From: Octopus bimaculoides
Lineage: Eukaryota
DNA length: 58,035 nt
Reading direction: 5' to 3'
NCBI RefSeq assembly: GCF_001194135.2
Contig: NC_068993.1
Location: 49,386,565-49,444,599 of the forward strand
Shown: in pieces, positions 25,241-38,817 of the stretch
Position numbering within the stretch: the stretch's first letter is position 1
Layout of the letters: the number at the start of each line of letters is the position of its first letter
Made by a program: the position numbers and the translations under genes
The notes under the pieces: generated by a model
Told to the model about the DNA's origin: nothing
Seen by the model: only the letters and a program-made list of their open reading frames with translations
Databases searched by the model: none

Positions 25241-26499
25241 TATCTAAGCAGCCTTTTAATTTAATTTTTTTAATTTTTTTAATTTTTTATTATTCTCCTG
25301 TTACATAAATTTTATGTTATGAACTAACACTCGTTCAGCCCCAAGGTGGGCATATAATAGACTCACTCAAATGCAACTCAGCATTTCATTGATTAATATG
25401 GTAGATTATATGTAAATATGTAGAATATATGGTAGATTATATGTAGGTTACATGTAATTAGTTGTGCTATAGTAGTGGTTATATATAAAAAGTAAAATTT
25501 GGCATAAACTTCTCAATAAGAAAGTGTCGCATGATTTCACTATCTTATATTGTTTAAAGTGCTACCTAGTTTACCTTGTAAAACCTAAGTTAATTATTCT
25601 TGTTATTATTATAAAAGAAGAAAGTAATTGAAAAGGGTTAATATTTCACATGAATGTCACAGATTTACTCCTTGATTATTTGTTTATTTTAGATTTCTCT
25701 TTAGAGTTCATTGCCTGAAAGCACTGAAGCTTTAACTTGCTAGTCATCTGTTGGTTGAGGTTATATGTATTGTTCTTTCGATCACAGTGTTGAAACTAAT
25801 CAATACCCGTATGGAAATACTGTTAAATTAATGAGGAGATGATAATGGAAGGTAATTGTGGAATATAGCCAAGAACTGCTAATAAATAATAAAGAGAACC
25901 AGAACTGTTCTCTTGTAATATTTATTTATATATTTATTACTAGTTTCAATTTATGGTTCTCAGAACTGCTGCCTGATGGCCAACATATGTTCGGTTTTTT
26001 TTTATTATTATTATTTTGCTTCTTTTGCCATTATCTAAGAGGGCACTTGAAATCTTATATACCCTTACTCTTGTTCTAAATGGTTGACTCTGTCAGTTGA
26101 TTTTTGCTAATTACTTGGTATTTCTTTCATATGCTGTTTGCTATGTACTCTCAAGAGATAGCCTTGATTAGTCTTCACAGCAAACTGGAACACTTTGTCT
26201 TGGATTTAAAATTTTTTTATCAGCAACTTAATAAGGGGTTGGCATCACTAAACCAGGTGGTTCATTTCTCTCTATTTTTGTAATGAATTGCTTAGCTGTT
26301 GGCTGAAAACTGGAAGATGAGTGGAGAAAAGGTTGTAAACCATTATTTTTGTGGTGTTGATGGTGGTAAATATTAGCAGAAAAATCTCTGAATAAGAACT
26401 AAGTGAACTCTTGATAGAAAATATTTGCATTCTAGAAGACAATGGTAGGAACTGGTTAACATATATATAAATATTGCACAGATTTTGTTCTTATTTCAG

Positions 26500-26546
26500 C
26501 TCTTTAATTTCATTATTTTGTTTTCTTATTCGATGTCTATCAACAG
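26500..26546 (+). CDS. Candidate small exon
   Basis: ttttgttcttatttcag acceptor and CAG|gtaaag donor; two open frames. Confidence 0.2.
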
Positions 26547-26990
26547 GTAAAGTGATGTTGTTCGACTTTCAAATAGATTTTTGCACCATTTTTCTGTACA
26601 TTGCCCCAAACACAGAGCACCAAGTACTCATTTCTAAAGGATTAAATTTCTTTGTAACTTTACTTGGAATGACAACTGAATAGTCTCAAGGTCTCAACAG
26701 ATATATTTTATTAACTAATTTTGTCATTGTGATACTTATCAAGTTACGTGCGTGTGTGTGTGTGCACGTTTACATGGGCATTGTGGCTCTATCTGTTTTG
26801 TTAGTAGTCTAAAACAAAACTTCATTTGTTGGCACGTGAAAACATTATCAGAAACCCATGCAAAAATAAACAAATAGAACAAACACATTGGTCACAGAAG
26901 AAACGTTTTTAGTTCTCAGGTAAATTGATTATTGGTTGAAGAATATAGAGTAAGACGGCTGTGTTTTCATAATAGTCAACAACAGAAAAT

Positions 26991-27022
<32 letters not shown>

Positions 27023-27884
27023 AGAGAAAGCACACATGCATGCATGCACGCACACACACACACAAACACACACACGCAAAAGCATTTTTTTTTTGTGTTT
27101 GTGTTTTAATATCTATGCAACTTTTTACTGAAACGCACAGACACTCACTCATTCACAGAAAAACAAACACACATAAATATATTTTAAAGAATGGTTGTTT
27201 CTCTTTCTGTTGCTATGCAACTGTGAAATTCTATTAGCAAGACAGAATTTAACGAATGGTAATTGTTGCATTTTTGAATAATTAATTTTATGCTGTCACT
27301 TGTTACAACTGATTGGATTACAAAATGTGTAAAAGAAAAAATGTTGCACTATACCATATTCTCACTATAATTCTGTCTCTTTCCATGAAGGGTGCTGGGG
27401 AAAAGAAAAAGTGACAGTTAATTTTCTTGTGGATATATTTGTTTATTTTTCTAGTTCTTAAAAATGTTGGCAAAATTGTGTGCTGCCAGTTTTGATTTCC
27501 TAATGCAGTTCTCTCAGGGTCCAATAGGAGCTAAGCTGGAAGACTTTTGCATTCTAGCAACCCACTACCCATTCCTCTAAGCTTCTTAATCCACTTATCA
27601 AGAGCATCTCTGATTAGCACACCTGACTGGCATCACCTGCCCATTCAAGAATATTCAAGAAAGATTACTTGTCCAACTCGGATTGTTGGTTTTGTAAGTG
27701 GTTGGTTGTGAAACTGGTCAACCAGAGAGAGAGATAACAAGGAAGAAAGGAAGAAGAGGTTTTATATGTGTGTATGCTTGTATGCTTATGCATTTGTGTA
27801 TGTATATGCATATGCACGTGTGTGTGTGCATATTTTACAGATAAGGTGCTAAATTTTGGTGTGAAGAATTTTCATATTTGTCAG

Positions 27885-27945
27885 ATTCTTGTTTAATAGA
27901 GTAGAAAGCGTCCAGAAAGATCTTAATCAATTGTCTACCCTTGAG
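27885..27945 (+). CDS. Candidate exon (FLFNRVESVQKDLNQLSTLE)
   Basis: ttttcatatttgtcag acceptor, GAG|gttatg donor, single open frame, retains a CpG. Confidence 0.22.
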
Positions 27946-29380
27946 GTTATGTTAATTCTCCAGAAGAAATTGATATATGTTTATGTATTTATTCATTTGT
28001 ATTCAATGCACACCCAAATGCAGCTAACCAGACAACTTTGTGTGTATGTGCGAACAAATGAAAGAGTTACATTTAACACATTTAGTTGGAGATGTATTTA
28101 TTTAATAACAGGTTAATTTACTCCACATTGCTTAGTTTCATTGGCTTAGAAAATGTCCACATCATTAGATGTATGGAATCAGAGTAGAAATAATTTCAAA
28201 GAAATGTAATAATGTAATGTAGAACTGAGTCAACCTGTCATGAAATATATAAATGTTTTCCACCAAGAAAGTTAATTTCTGACTATAGACAGATTTTCAC
28301 TTGGAGATGAGAACAGGTTACATAGTAAAATAATTCTATGACACTATAGATGTTGAGGTTCTGTCTTTACCAAGCAAAACTTCACCAATTTACCGTAGAC
28401 TTTCCTTGCTAGACATAATATTTGTTTCTCTATATCATTTCAATTCTTCTATACATCTGTTTAATACATGATTTTGGAAAATTTTAATTTAATCAAAAAT
28501 TCACTAATATTACACATATAATTGTCCATGAGCTGTATTGACGAGATGTAAAGATATCAAAGTGTGCATCAACAGATAATGGGGAAAAAATTAATATAGA
28601 ATAGTTAAATTTAATTAGATTTGAACCTTCATGTTATTTTTACATTAAAGATTAATACAGATGATGGGAAATGTATATTAAGTACACTAAATTTTAATTT
28701 GATTTGAACTTTCTCCTTCTGTTTTGCATTGAACAATAAAGTGTTTTATTTTTACTTTAAATGAATAAAAAAAACAGAAAAAGGTAAACTATTCTACTAG
28801 TTGGAAGGCATTAGTAGAATAAAAAATGATGTGTGATTGACACCATAAAGCTACACATACACACACTTCCATATTTATGCCTAACTATTCACTTAATATT
28901 CAACAATAATTTTAATGCTGAATAATACATATATTGTGTGTGTGTGTGTGTGTGTGTACACATGTGTGTATGTGTGTGTACACATGTGTGTGTGTGCACA
29001 CACACAGACATTAGAGTTTGAGGGCTAAAAATGTTAAAAAGAAAAGAATTGAACCAATATCTCTTGTAATACATTTAGCAGAGCAGGTACCTAGACACAT
29101 ATTGGCATGCGTGTGCATGCACCTCAGATTTTAACTCATAATATATCAATTGATGGCCCCACAGCTCCGTTGTATGTCAATGATTTTGTAGACGTTTACT
29201 ATTCAAGACTTGACTCAATCTTTAAAGCATTCAAAAACATTTGCAATGTCAATTTTTCTTCCAAATAAATTAGTAATGTGATTGAATGTTGCAAATTTAA
29301 TTAAAGTCAATGGCTCTGTAAACAATGTCAGTTTACTGTTAAATGTGAATTTTTGAGTTAAAGAACTTCACAATTTTTAA

Positions 29381-29443
29381 TTCTCTTTCAGAATTAGTTG
29401 AATAGCCTATGCAAGCTTTCCAACTAATTCTGGGTGCTGAGAA
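29381..29443. ncRNA. Hairpin, possible pre-miRNA or MITE remnant
   Basis: Perfect 12-bp arms CAGAATTAGTTG (29389-29400) and CAACTAATTCTG (29421-29432), extendable on both sides. Confidence 0.2.
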
Positions 29444-31879
29444 CTAATCCCCATCCTGATAGGCAATCATTTTAATCTATTTTCACAAATAGGCCAATTT
29501 TAAGACATATGTAATTGGTAAAAAGGATTAATATTAGTTCCACAGAATTTCAAACAAAGCCTGTTGTGTAATAAATGCAAAACATACTCTTCTTCTTTAG
29601 CATCTCTGCTATTTATGCATAAAATACTATATTAAATTACTTGATTTCATATTTGTTGTCAAAATCTGAATAAAAATGAGATCCTAGGTAGTGATTATAC
29701 CCCTGAAGGAGGTGGGTGTTACAAGAGCATAGTTGTCAGAGTGAGAGTTGTGTAGAAAAGTCCAAGGTAATATTACCTCTATGGGCTACTGAGAGCAGAT
29801 AGAACTCTCTTTGTTGCTAAGCTACTAATGTTCTATGAAGAAAAGAAACTGGTGAATATATATTCCACAAATTTCTTCCAGGATGTAATTATTTTCCATC
29901 TATAAGAAAGGTCTTGCTTCATAAAATGTTTAATGAATATTTCTTGGGTTATAGCATGCTGATGATTTCTAAACAAGAATGAAATAGTGCTATATGTCAT
30001 TGTTGTTGCTGATTAGAAATTTTGAGAATTTCGTAATAAGCAGCAAAAATTAAATAGATAAACAAAATAAAATAAACAAATGTGTGTTTTCTGCAACTTA
30101 ATTTCAATTTCAAGTGAAGAAATGATATTTAGTGGACACCACATGTTCATAAACATTTGTTTGGTTATGGTAGATGTTTTCCTAAGAAACCATGCAGTAG
30201 AGTTGAGTATGGAACCATAATGACTGCAGAGTGGATGTCTTAACTACAGCCACACAGGTAATGTTTCATGGTAATGTTTCCTCAAAGAGCTTGGTGTATG
30301 GAAACAATGTAAAATAAAATTCTTTCTCAAAACACAACATAGTGTTTGCAACAGATTTTAAATCAGAAAAAAAAATGCATATATTTACTGTGCAATAATT
30401 TATTCTCTTGGCTACTTTACTTTCTGCATTTATTGATGTCCTATCACCAAGTCAGTCTGTTAGCCATTGATGTCTTAATTTCCAGATAAATGATCTTAGA
30501 AAGTTAATTCTCTTGCTTTCAAACCAATGATGGAATATAAAACCTTTGACTTCAAGCTGATACACCTGTCATTTGTGTACTATTTGTCATTTCCTGCTTT
30601 ATCTGTTGTTTACTGTTTTCAGAAGTGCAAACATTAGTTGTGTAGTATTCTGTTTATTGCTGTGTCATTAGAATATTTATAAATGTAATTTTTCAGTGTG
30701 CATTACTTTGCTGCTGAAGTTAAGGGGAAAATATCACTAGCTTTAATGCATAGTTAACATCTTCTTATAATAAAGGATTTCTACGTTTAAAGAAAAACAA
30801 CAAAATCTAGATTTTATATTTCTGAGATGTATGTTCTGAAAAGCCTTTATGTTATCTGGATGTTTATTTGAAAGAATAACTCATAAATTAAATACATAAG
30901 TAAAACAGTAACTCTGAATATAAAAGAAGATTTTTATTTTCTGTTCTCCATTTTCGAAATATTATTAGAAAATTCACAGAACCTATTTGTTATTTTAGAT
31001 TACTGTTATTATTTTTATTACTGCTGCTGTTGTTGTTGCTGTTATGTTACTATCTGTTATTTTAATTATAATGTTCTTTTTGTCATTGTTAGTTTTATTA
31101 TTATTGTTGTTAAATATATTTTATGCTACTTTCATGCCAATCTCGGAATTATTTTAATATTTTCATGAAAATAAAAGTTACATTGAGTGAGTGAATTGTA
31201 AGCTAGATATGTCTGAAATTGCCAAATGTTTAGTTTATTACCATAGTAAATATAATGGCTGTACAAAAACTGCAACAAAATAAAATCCTAATTCTATTAT
31301 ATTGAAAAATTCCAATTTAAAAAGACAATTTTTTTTTTCTCCCTCTTGTCGTCTTTTCAAATGAAAATTTTGATAGATAATATTATTAATTTATATTACT
31401 TTGAATGCCATATATCCATTCTGTATTCATACATCAACTTGGTAAAGATTTTGGTTTTTAAAATTCCACAGAAATCATATTGAAATATTATACTTTAAAG
31501 GGCAGTTTTCCATTTTCACAATTCAATTGATTGGTTAAAAAGTTCAAAATCTGCTCCAGTTTCACATGCACATTTTAATAACTAGATCGCAAAAAAAGAA
31601 TTTTCTGTGGAAATTATTTTCCAAAAACTGTTTAAAGAATATTAATTTTAAAACAATCTCATTTGTTTTTTTCTGTCTTTTTTTTGTGTGTGTGGTGGGA
31701 TGAGGTGCTAGGAATCTGAAATAATGGTTGTTAGTAGCCATGAAGAAAATTTTAAACAAATTTCAAAGTTTACCCACATTACAAATTTTAATTATAATTT
31801 TCTTTACTAGTCTTTGGTATTTTTATTGAATTCATTGCTGGTTGTGTAAGAAGTATTTTCCCCACCTCTTACTCCTTTT

Positions 31880-31935
<56 letters not shown>

Positions 31936-32834
31936 ATGTGTGTGCATGTATGTAAATATTATGTGTAAGTATATATGTGCATATATGTAAGTATATGAAT
32001 AATGATACTCACACATACATTCGGGTGTTTGTGTATGTACACATATGTATTTATTCAGTTTTTTAATCATATCTGAAACAGTATATTTCCCCCTTTGTGT
32101 TTTTATTTGCTTATGGAAATAGTTGCATATCATTCATATTTTGAATAGTCTTAGTGACATTCTTTTTTTTTTTTTTTTTCAAAAATGTTGTTTGGTTTTA
32201 GCCACCATATTTCTCAGATAAATAGCAACAAAACTCAAAACATACATTTAGAACAAACTGCAGTATCATAAATGGCACCATTATGAATTCTGTTAAGAAG
32301 ACATTGTAACTTAAAGAGGATTACTTCTGTACTCCTCATGACAAATAACAATCTACTACTATTCTCTAAATAACAAAACATCTATAGACAGAAAATTATA
32401 AAATCATTAGTCAATTGCTTCTTGTATGCTGGCATAAAACTGGCAGTGAAGTCATTTCTAAGAGTTGGTAGTTTCCTGATTTGGTGATTAGTTTAAATAG
32501 CAAACTTGCATTTTGTTTGAAAGTGAGGGAGAGATCAATCTATGTTGTGAACTTGATTGCCATTTTGAGATAGTTAAAGAGGTCTTATTTGGTGATTAAC
32601 AATTTAAGCTTAGATTCACAGGAAATATAAGGAGTCTTTATCTTCATTTTCTTTGACTGTGTTCTTAACGTTTTATAAATTGCTTAATATCAAGTGAAAC
32701 TGTAACAATTTCTCAATTTGCATACTCTATCTAATCTCATTTTTTTTTTATAATGCCAACAAGGTATTGCAATCAAGTGTCTTGTTATCAGCAGTTTATT
32801 AACTTTCAGTTTCTTATATACACTTTTTATCTAG

Positions 32835-32843
32835 AATATAAAG
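32835..32843 (+). CDS. Candidate 9-nt microexon AATATAAAG
   Basis: Long pyrimidine-rich tract plus ctag acceptor, AAG|gtgagt consensus donor, frame-preserving length. Confidence 0.2.
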
Positions 32844-33287
32844 GTGAGTGTTGGATACAAGATGGATAGTTTAGGAGAAATTATTTTCTAGTTTTAGTGA
32901 CCCTCAATATTCTTGAGTCCATTAATTTTTGTTCATTCAGAAATATTAAAAATTGCAATGTGTGATTTGCATCAATTTATTTCCAAATTATTAATTATAA
33001 TTTAGAATGAATATTCTTCATCCTGATCATTTGTTTTGTTTTGATTCACTTTCCTTCATTTCTGATTAATTCTTTAGTTTTAAAACATCTTGAATTAACC
33101 TGTGTCATTAATTTCAGTTAACTGTCAGGATTTTTTTTTTCCTGCTCAGTCAGACATACATAATATGTCATTTTCAAATTGGGATTGAACTTATTCTCCT
33201 TCATCCACTCTGCCACCTAGTGTCAATAAAATGTTTGTTTATCATTAAAAAATTTTGATTTTTTTTAAAAAATTCATTTTCATTATA

Positions 33288-33430
33288 ACTGGCTGTGTGG
33301 TTAAGAAGCTTATTTTGCGACCATATGGTTTGAGGTTCAGTCCCACTGCATTTCACCTTCTACTATAGTCCTAGTCCAACCAATATCTTGTGAGTTACTT
33401 TGGTAAATAGAAATTGTGTGGAAGCCCATC

Positions 33431-33504
<74 letters not shown>

Positions 33505-33680
33505 GTGGCTTTGACAACATATGTTGGTCTGTTTATGTCCCCATAACTGAGTGGGTTGGGAAAAGAGACAGAAAGAATAAGTACCAGACTTAAAAAAGTA
33601 AGTAGTGGGGTGAGCTAGCTGAACCCTTAGCACACTGGGCAAAAATGCTTAGTGGCATTTTGTCTGTTCACTACCCTGTT
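33288..33680 (+). mobile_element. Family C SINE with internal (GT)n, joined to a family B head
   Basis: C head at 33288, (GT)n at 33432-33501, C 3' half to ~33608, then gtgagctagctgaacccttagcacactgggcaaaaatgcttagtggc matching the B head at 52959. Confidence 0.8.
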
Positions 33681-33739
33681 TTGAGCCTACAATTCCTTAT
33701 AAAAACTCAGCTTTTCCTCCTTCTGAAATCTTTGGTTCC

Positions 33740-33965
33740 AGATCTTTTAAGGTCTAGCCACTGACCACAAAGACACAGCCAGTTTCAGTGACAATGCCAG
33801 ACAACACCACCACAGCAGCCACGTAGAGACCTACCAACTTTGTCCAACAGCATTACAGCAACCTTCGTCTTTGTTGCTACCATCCTGTCCTTAACGTCGA
33901 CAACATCATCTTTCTCTGTACACAGCTCAGCAAGCAATTCACCCAAACAAAAACTTTAAAGTAAT
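33740..33965 (-). mobile_element. Possible decayed RTE fragment (post-RT region)
   Basis: FCLGELL..LLDKVGRSLRG resembles RTE FCYLGD..LLVTKGLSLRV. Confidence 0.33.
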
Positions 33966-35799
33966 TTAGATTATCATATTTTACATTTTCATCTGAAATC
34001 CAACAATGTTTTCTTTTTAAACTATAATATTGTTTTAGTATTCAATCTCACTTTAATTATTAACTTTACTTTTTTCCCACATCTCTCTGTTCAAGTATCA
34101 AATTTTTTATTTTTCTAAGAAAGATGGGTGAGTAGCATATGAAATATACATTCCCATCTAAAATTCAATAAAATATTTGACTACTTTGTTGTGTTCTTTG
34201 AAAACAATTGTAAAAAGTACTTTTGTGCTCTATTCCATATATTGTACATAACTGTATGGCAACAGATCAACCTTATTTTAAATATTACAACTTCTGAATA
34301 ATCTAAATAAATTATGGTTTTTTAAAACTAAATTTGGCTAAAATATTTTGTATCATTTGCATCAGAATTTTCATGCAAATGATATCTTTTGTATCAAATA
34401 TGCTAAATACACTAGCTGGCTGAAAATGAGTATTTATCAAATCATTTGCCATAGGAAATGATATAATATTGTGTGGCATTTTTGTTTTTGATCAAAGACA
34501 CTATCTTTGACCAATGCTCTTAAACTGTTGTTCATTATTTTCTTTTGTTCTATTGTTTTGGTACCAATAGTGATACAAAAGTCCATATTGATTTACTGAT
34601 AATTCTAGTTGGTCTTTGATGTCATTAATACTACAAGAGGAAGAGGAAGTCTTTGTAATCTTCTGTTGATTATTATTGTTAAATTCTATCATGTGTAGCT
34701 CATCTTTTGATCATATCCATGCACAGCTACTTTAAGGAAGAAGTGAATCTCTGTGACCTTTTGACCCAATTTAATCTGGTTTTCTCTGATTTTCTGTCAA
34801 GCACATACAATCTACTAATCACATAAAGAGTGGATTTCTATTTGTTTTGGTAACTGGTGTTCCATTTGTCGGCTGCAAAAGGGTCAAAAGAGGTGGTTAT
34901 CAAAATCATTATTCTGATTCTTTTTCTCTTGAGAGGAAAGACAATAGCTTTCACCTTTTGTGCCCTTTTCATCTTTATTGCTTGACCACTGGATAGTCTT
35001 CAAAGATCATTGGACTGAATACCAGCTGTCATATGACTGGTCAATGATTTCATTCTGGAAGCTTTTATTAATTCTTAATGCTGGTTGAACTGTTAAAATA
35101 CCAACAACATATTTAAACAAAATCAATGGTAGCTTTTTATTTTGTTTATTTGTTGAAGGAGATGTAGAGAAAGAGAAAAATGGACAGATGAATGTTAACA
35201 GATGACTCGTTGATGAATTTCTTGTTATTAATTTTCCCTTGCATAATAGCTGTCTTGTATGAAACTGATGATATATCAAGGACTGTATTATTCAGGAATT
35301 TGTGCTGTCAGATGGGAAATGTACATTGGAAATTGCTTTCCTTTAAATTAGCTCATAATTAAAAGCTGTTTAAATAAAATCACTTCATCTTTATTCCTTC
35401 TTTGTGTGTTTACATATTGAAAGCAGCATGCTTATAGTAAGAGTCACTATATTCAGAATGACTAAAAGTTATCAGAAACACATTGATGTGGGTTTGTTTC
35501 CCAACCGAGATTATGGATGTTTGAGTTTGGCAGAAAATAAGATGGTAGGAGGATTTCATTGAGAGAATATTTAACCAGAATTTGTACCACTGAGAATATG
35601 TATGATTCATTGTTGGATTGCAGAAATAAGGTATACCCCTTTCAGCCAATAGATACTGTAACGTACCATGTCATGATGGAAATATTTCTGTAAATAACAT
35701 TTATTGTGATAGACTATTAGTATATTTCAGATATGTTGCTTATTGTCATTATAATTATATGAAGATTGAACTGATTATAAAGTAAACAAAATATCTGAA

Positions 35800-35980
35800 T
35801 ATATCATCTTCATTAGAGCAGTTATCTTCCAACTCAGTGATATTTATATTAGGAAGGGCATCCAACCATAGAAACCCTGCCAAAACTGACAATTGTAGCT
35901 TAGACAGCTTTCCTGCTGGCCTGCTCCTATAAAACTGTCCAACCCATGCCAGCATGGAAAATGGTTGTTAAATGATGATG
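35800..35980 (+). mobile_element. SINE family A 3' part with (GAT)n tail
   Basis: attaggaagggcatccaaccatagaaac..tccaacccatgccagcatggaaaa..gttaaatgatgatg. Confidence 0.85.
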
Positions 35981-36334
35981 GCCTACTCACCTAGCCAGCA
36001 GGATGGCATCATTTGAAAGCAATGTGAAGAGCATTTTGACCAGCAATATATAGCAACATCTGATATTGTGGTTGATACCTTGACACCATGAAATATGTGT
36101 GTGTGATTTAAAACCCTTTAACCATGATCAAAGAAATTTTTTTTATTCTTAAACCTTTTCAGCAAAAATAATTATATTATTTTCAGTTTTGACAGTGATA
36201 ATTCCAGAAGGAAACGAAAACTTTTGGTTGATACTTCACTTTATGTAAATCATTTCACATCGATCATATTCTGAAGCAGATATCTTGTATGAGACTTATT
36301 CCTTGGGCTGGGATGCAAAACACATACATATGTT

Positions 36335-36338
<4 letters not shown>

Positions 36339-36388
<50 letters not shown>

Positions 36389-36826
36389 NNNNNNNNNNNN
36401 NNNNNNNNNNNNNNNNNNNNNNNNNNNNNNNNNNNNNNNNNNNNNNNNNNNNNNNNNNNNNNNNNNNNNNNNNNNNNNNNNNNNNNNNNNNNNNNNNNNN
36501 NNNNNNNNNNNNNNNNNNNNNNNNNNNNNNNNNNNNNNNNNNNNNNNNNNNNNNNNNNNNNNNNNNNNNNNNNNNNNNNNNNNNNNNNNNNNNNNNNNNN
36601 NNNNNNNNNNNNNNNNNNNNNNNNNNNNNNNNNNNNNNNNNNNNNNNNNNNNNNNNNNNNNNNNNNNNNNNNNNNNNNNNNNNNNNNNNNNNNNNNNNNN
36701 NNNNNNNNNNNNNNNNNNNNNNNNNNNNNNNNNNNNNNNNNNNNNNNNNNNNNNNNNNNNNNNNNNNNNNNNNNNNNNNNNNNNNNNNNNNNNNNNNNNN
36801 NNNNNNNNNNNNNNNNNNNNNNNNNN
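36339..36826. other. (CT)n microsatellite plus assembly gap (N 36389-36826)
   Basis: Direct reading. Confidence 1.
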
Positions 36827-37539
36827 ATATATATTCATATATGCTGGGCTTTCTTTTGCCTTTTTGAAATTCCTCATTGAATATCTGGGCTGAGTAGGGA
36901 AACAAACATTATTCCCTTGCTGTCACAGAATATAGAAAGTTTGGTCGATGACTAATGAAATGAAAAAAAAAATGTTTTCCACAAAAATAACAAGGACAAA
37001 ATACTATTACAATTCCTAATTCACTAATAACTATTCGAAACATGCATAATCCACTGACCCCTGTGCTTGTTAATTAAATGACTTGCGGCCACGAAGTGGG
37101 TTCAACACAGTTCCTTGGTGACATTCAATAATCCTTTGGTGCTTTGACAGATGTTGACTGTCTCGCTGGAAGCAATGGAGACTGAGAGGTTGGTATTTGA
37201 GGCCTTGACTGCTAAGTTGTCACTGTAGTACAAGGAGCAGATGGCATCTGATTTGAACTCACCTTAATCCCTGTGGCCTCTTTCACTTCCCATTCTTATT
37301 TATGTATTTATTTGTTTCGTTATTTTTCTCCCTTTCCTGCCATGGAAACAAAGTTTTAAGATTCTGGTAACGATCTATGAATTTAATGTTGGCTATTAGA
37401 CCCCTGCAGCAAGATTATAATGTCAGGGACTTCTTTCAGTGAATCTTTTCAAAAGGTTTCTGTATTACTTATGTTAAAATGAATAAGGTAAACTCAGTTT
37501 TCAGTAATAAACTCTCTGTCTGTCCTGCCTTTTGTCCCA

Positions 37540-37915
37540 CAATTATTTCTCCCCCTCTCTCTCTCTTTCTCTCTCTCTCTATGTTTTTCTCCTTTTTCTA
37601 TCTTTATTAATTTATCTCTCTGATTTATTCTTTTTCTCTCTGCCATCTTATTTTCCTCTCTCTTTCTTCCTTCCAATCCTTTTCTATCAATTTTTTTTCT
37701 TCTGTCCTTCTCTTTCATCTCTCTTTTTATCATTTTAATCTCTTCTTTTCTTGTTTCCTCCTTTTTGCTTTCTTCTTCCTCTCTTGCATTCTCTTTTCTC
37801 CTGACGTTCCTTCTCTCTCTGCGCTTTCTCTTATTTCTTTTACCATTTCTCTCTCTCTCTCTCTGTCCTTTTCCATCTTTTCCTTTTTCTATTTTCTCTT
37901 CCACCTTGATTTTCT
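37540..37915 (+). repeat. Polypyrimidine (CT-rich) low-complexity tract
   Basis: Near-pure C/T composition; source of the K/E/R-rich ORF at 37494-37937. Confidence 0.9.
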
Positions 37916-38786
37916 TATTACATGCAAAAACACACATTACAAATACTATTTATTTTCCCTTCATACGCACACACTCTTTAACAACCACATGTAATTTAAT
38001 AAATTCTTAACTGAATCTATTACTGACAAATTTGATTTAATGAATTAGGTTTATTTAGATTTAAAAACAACAACAGCAACTAATAATAATAATGACAAAG
38101 ATTCAGTTTCATTGGAAAATAATTCACCGAAAACATTATATAAGATTTTTTTTTTCAAATGTCTTGATGTACCTTTTAATAATAAAATGCAATAATATAT
38201 GCATGGGGGACACAGTCAAAAGGAATAGGTGAGACAGGATGTTTTTAGAAATATTCCACACACACCATCTCCTGTTTTTGCTACTGTTTATTGTATAGGT
38301 GTTGTGTATAGCATCAAAGAATGAAACAATTCTCTAAGTTTCTATTATATGTTCATGTATTCAACAATGTTTCTGTCCATTTAATCTTAAATAGTTTCTT
38401 TTTTATTAAATATATTTTTAACTGAATCAATTAATCCTTTTCTACCTTTACAATTATGAAGTGGAACATCTTTTTATTTTTTTTAGTTTTTATTTAAATC
38501 TGTTATTATTATTATTTTTTTTTTTTTTGAAAGGAAGGAGAGAGCTGAAAGGTGCAGATGGGGTGCATTTGGTGCATGACTGAAATTTTAAATTTCCTGC
38601 TTTAAGTCTTCATTTGATCTTAAAAATCATTTACAAATATTACACACATACTCACATGTGTGTGTGTGCATGTTTTTATTTCACATGCACACTCACAATA
38701 TTATAGATGCACATGCATCACATAAATATATCTATGCTATACTCTTATGCTACTCACATACTCCAATGTCACATATATACTCATAA

Positions 38787-38817
<31 letters not shown>

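Noticed and set aside
25397-25445. Short direct repeat atatggtagattatatgta (two copies) and 14-bp palindrome AGGTAATATTACCT at 29765-29778
   Set aside because: Small slippage or chance features typical of AT-rich DNA, with no associated structure
35990-36062. Ankyrin-like GQNALHIA peptide with a gtgagt donor on the minus strand
   Set aside because: That frame hits a stop after HIAFK, and the sequence resembles a recalled interspersed repeat
36264-36905. Long ORFs of ~200 aa here and at 54922-55657
   Set aside because: They consist mostly of X from assembly N-gaps
37494-37937. 147-aa K/E/R-rich ORF
   Set aside because: Reverse translation of a CT-rich low-complexity tract
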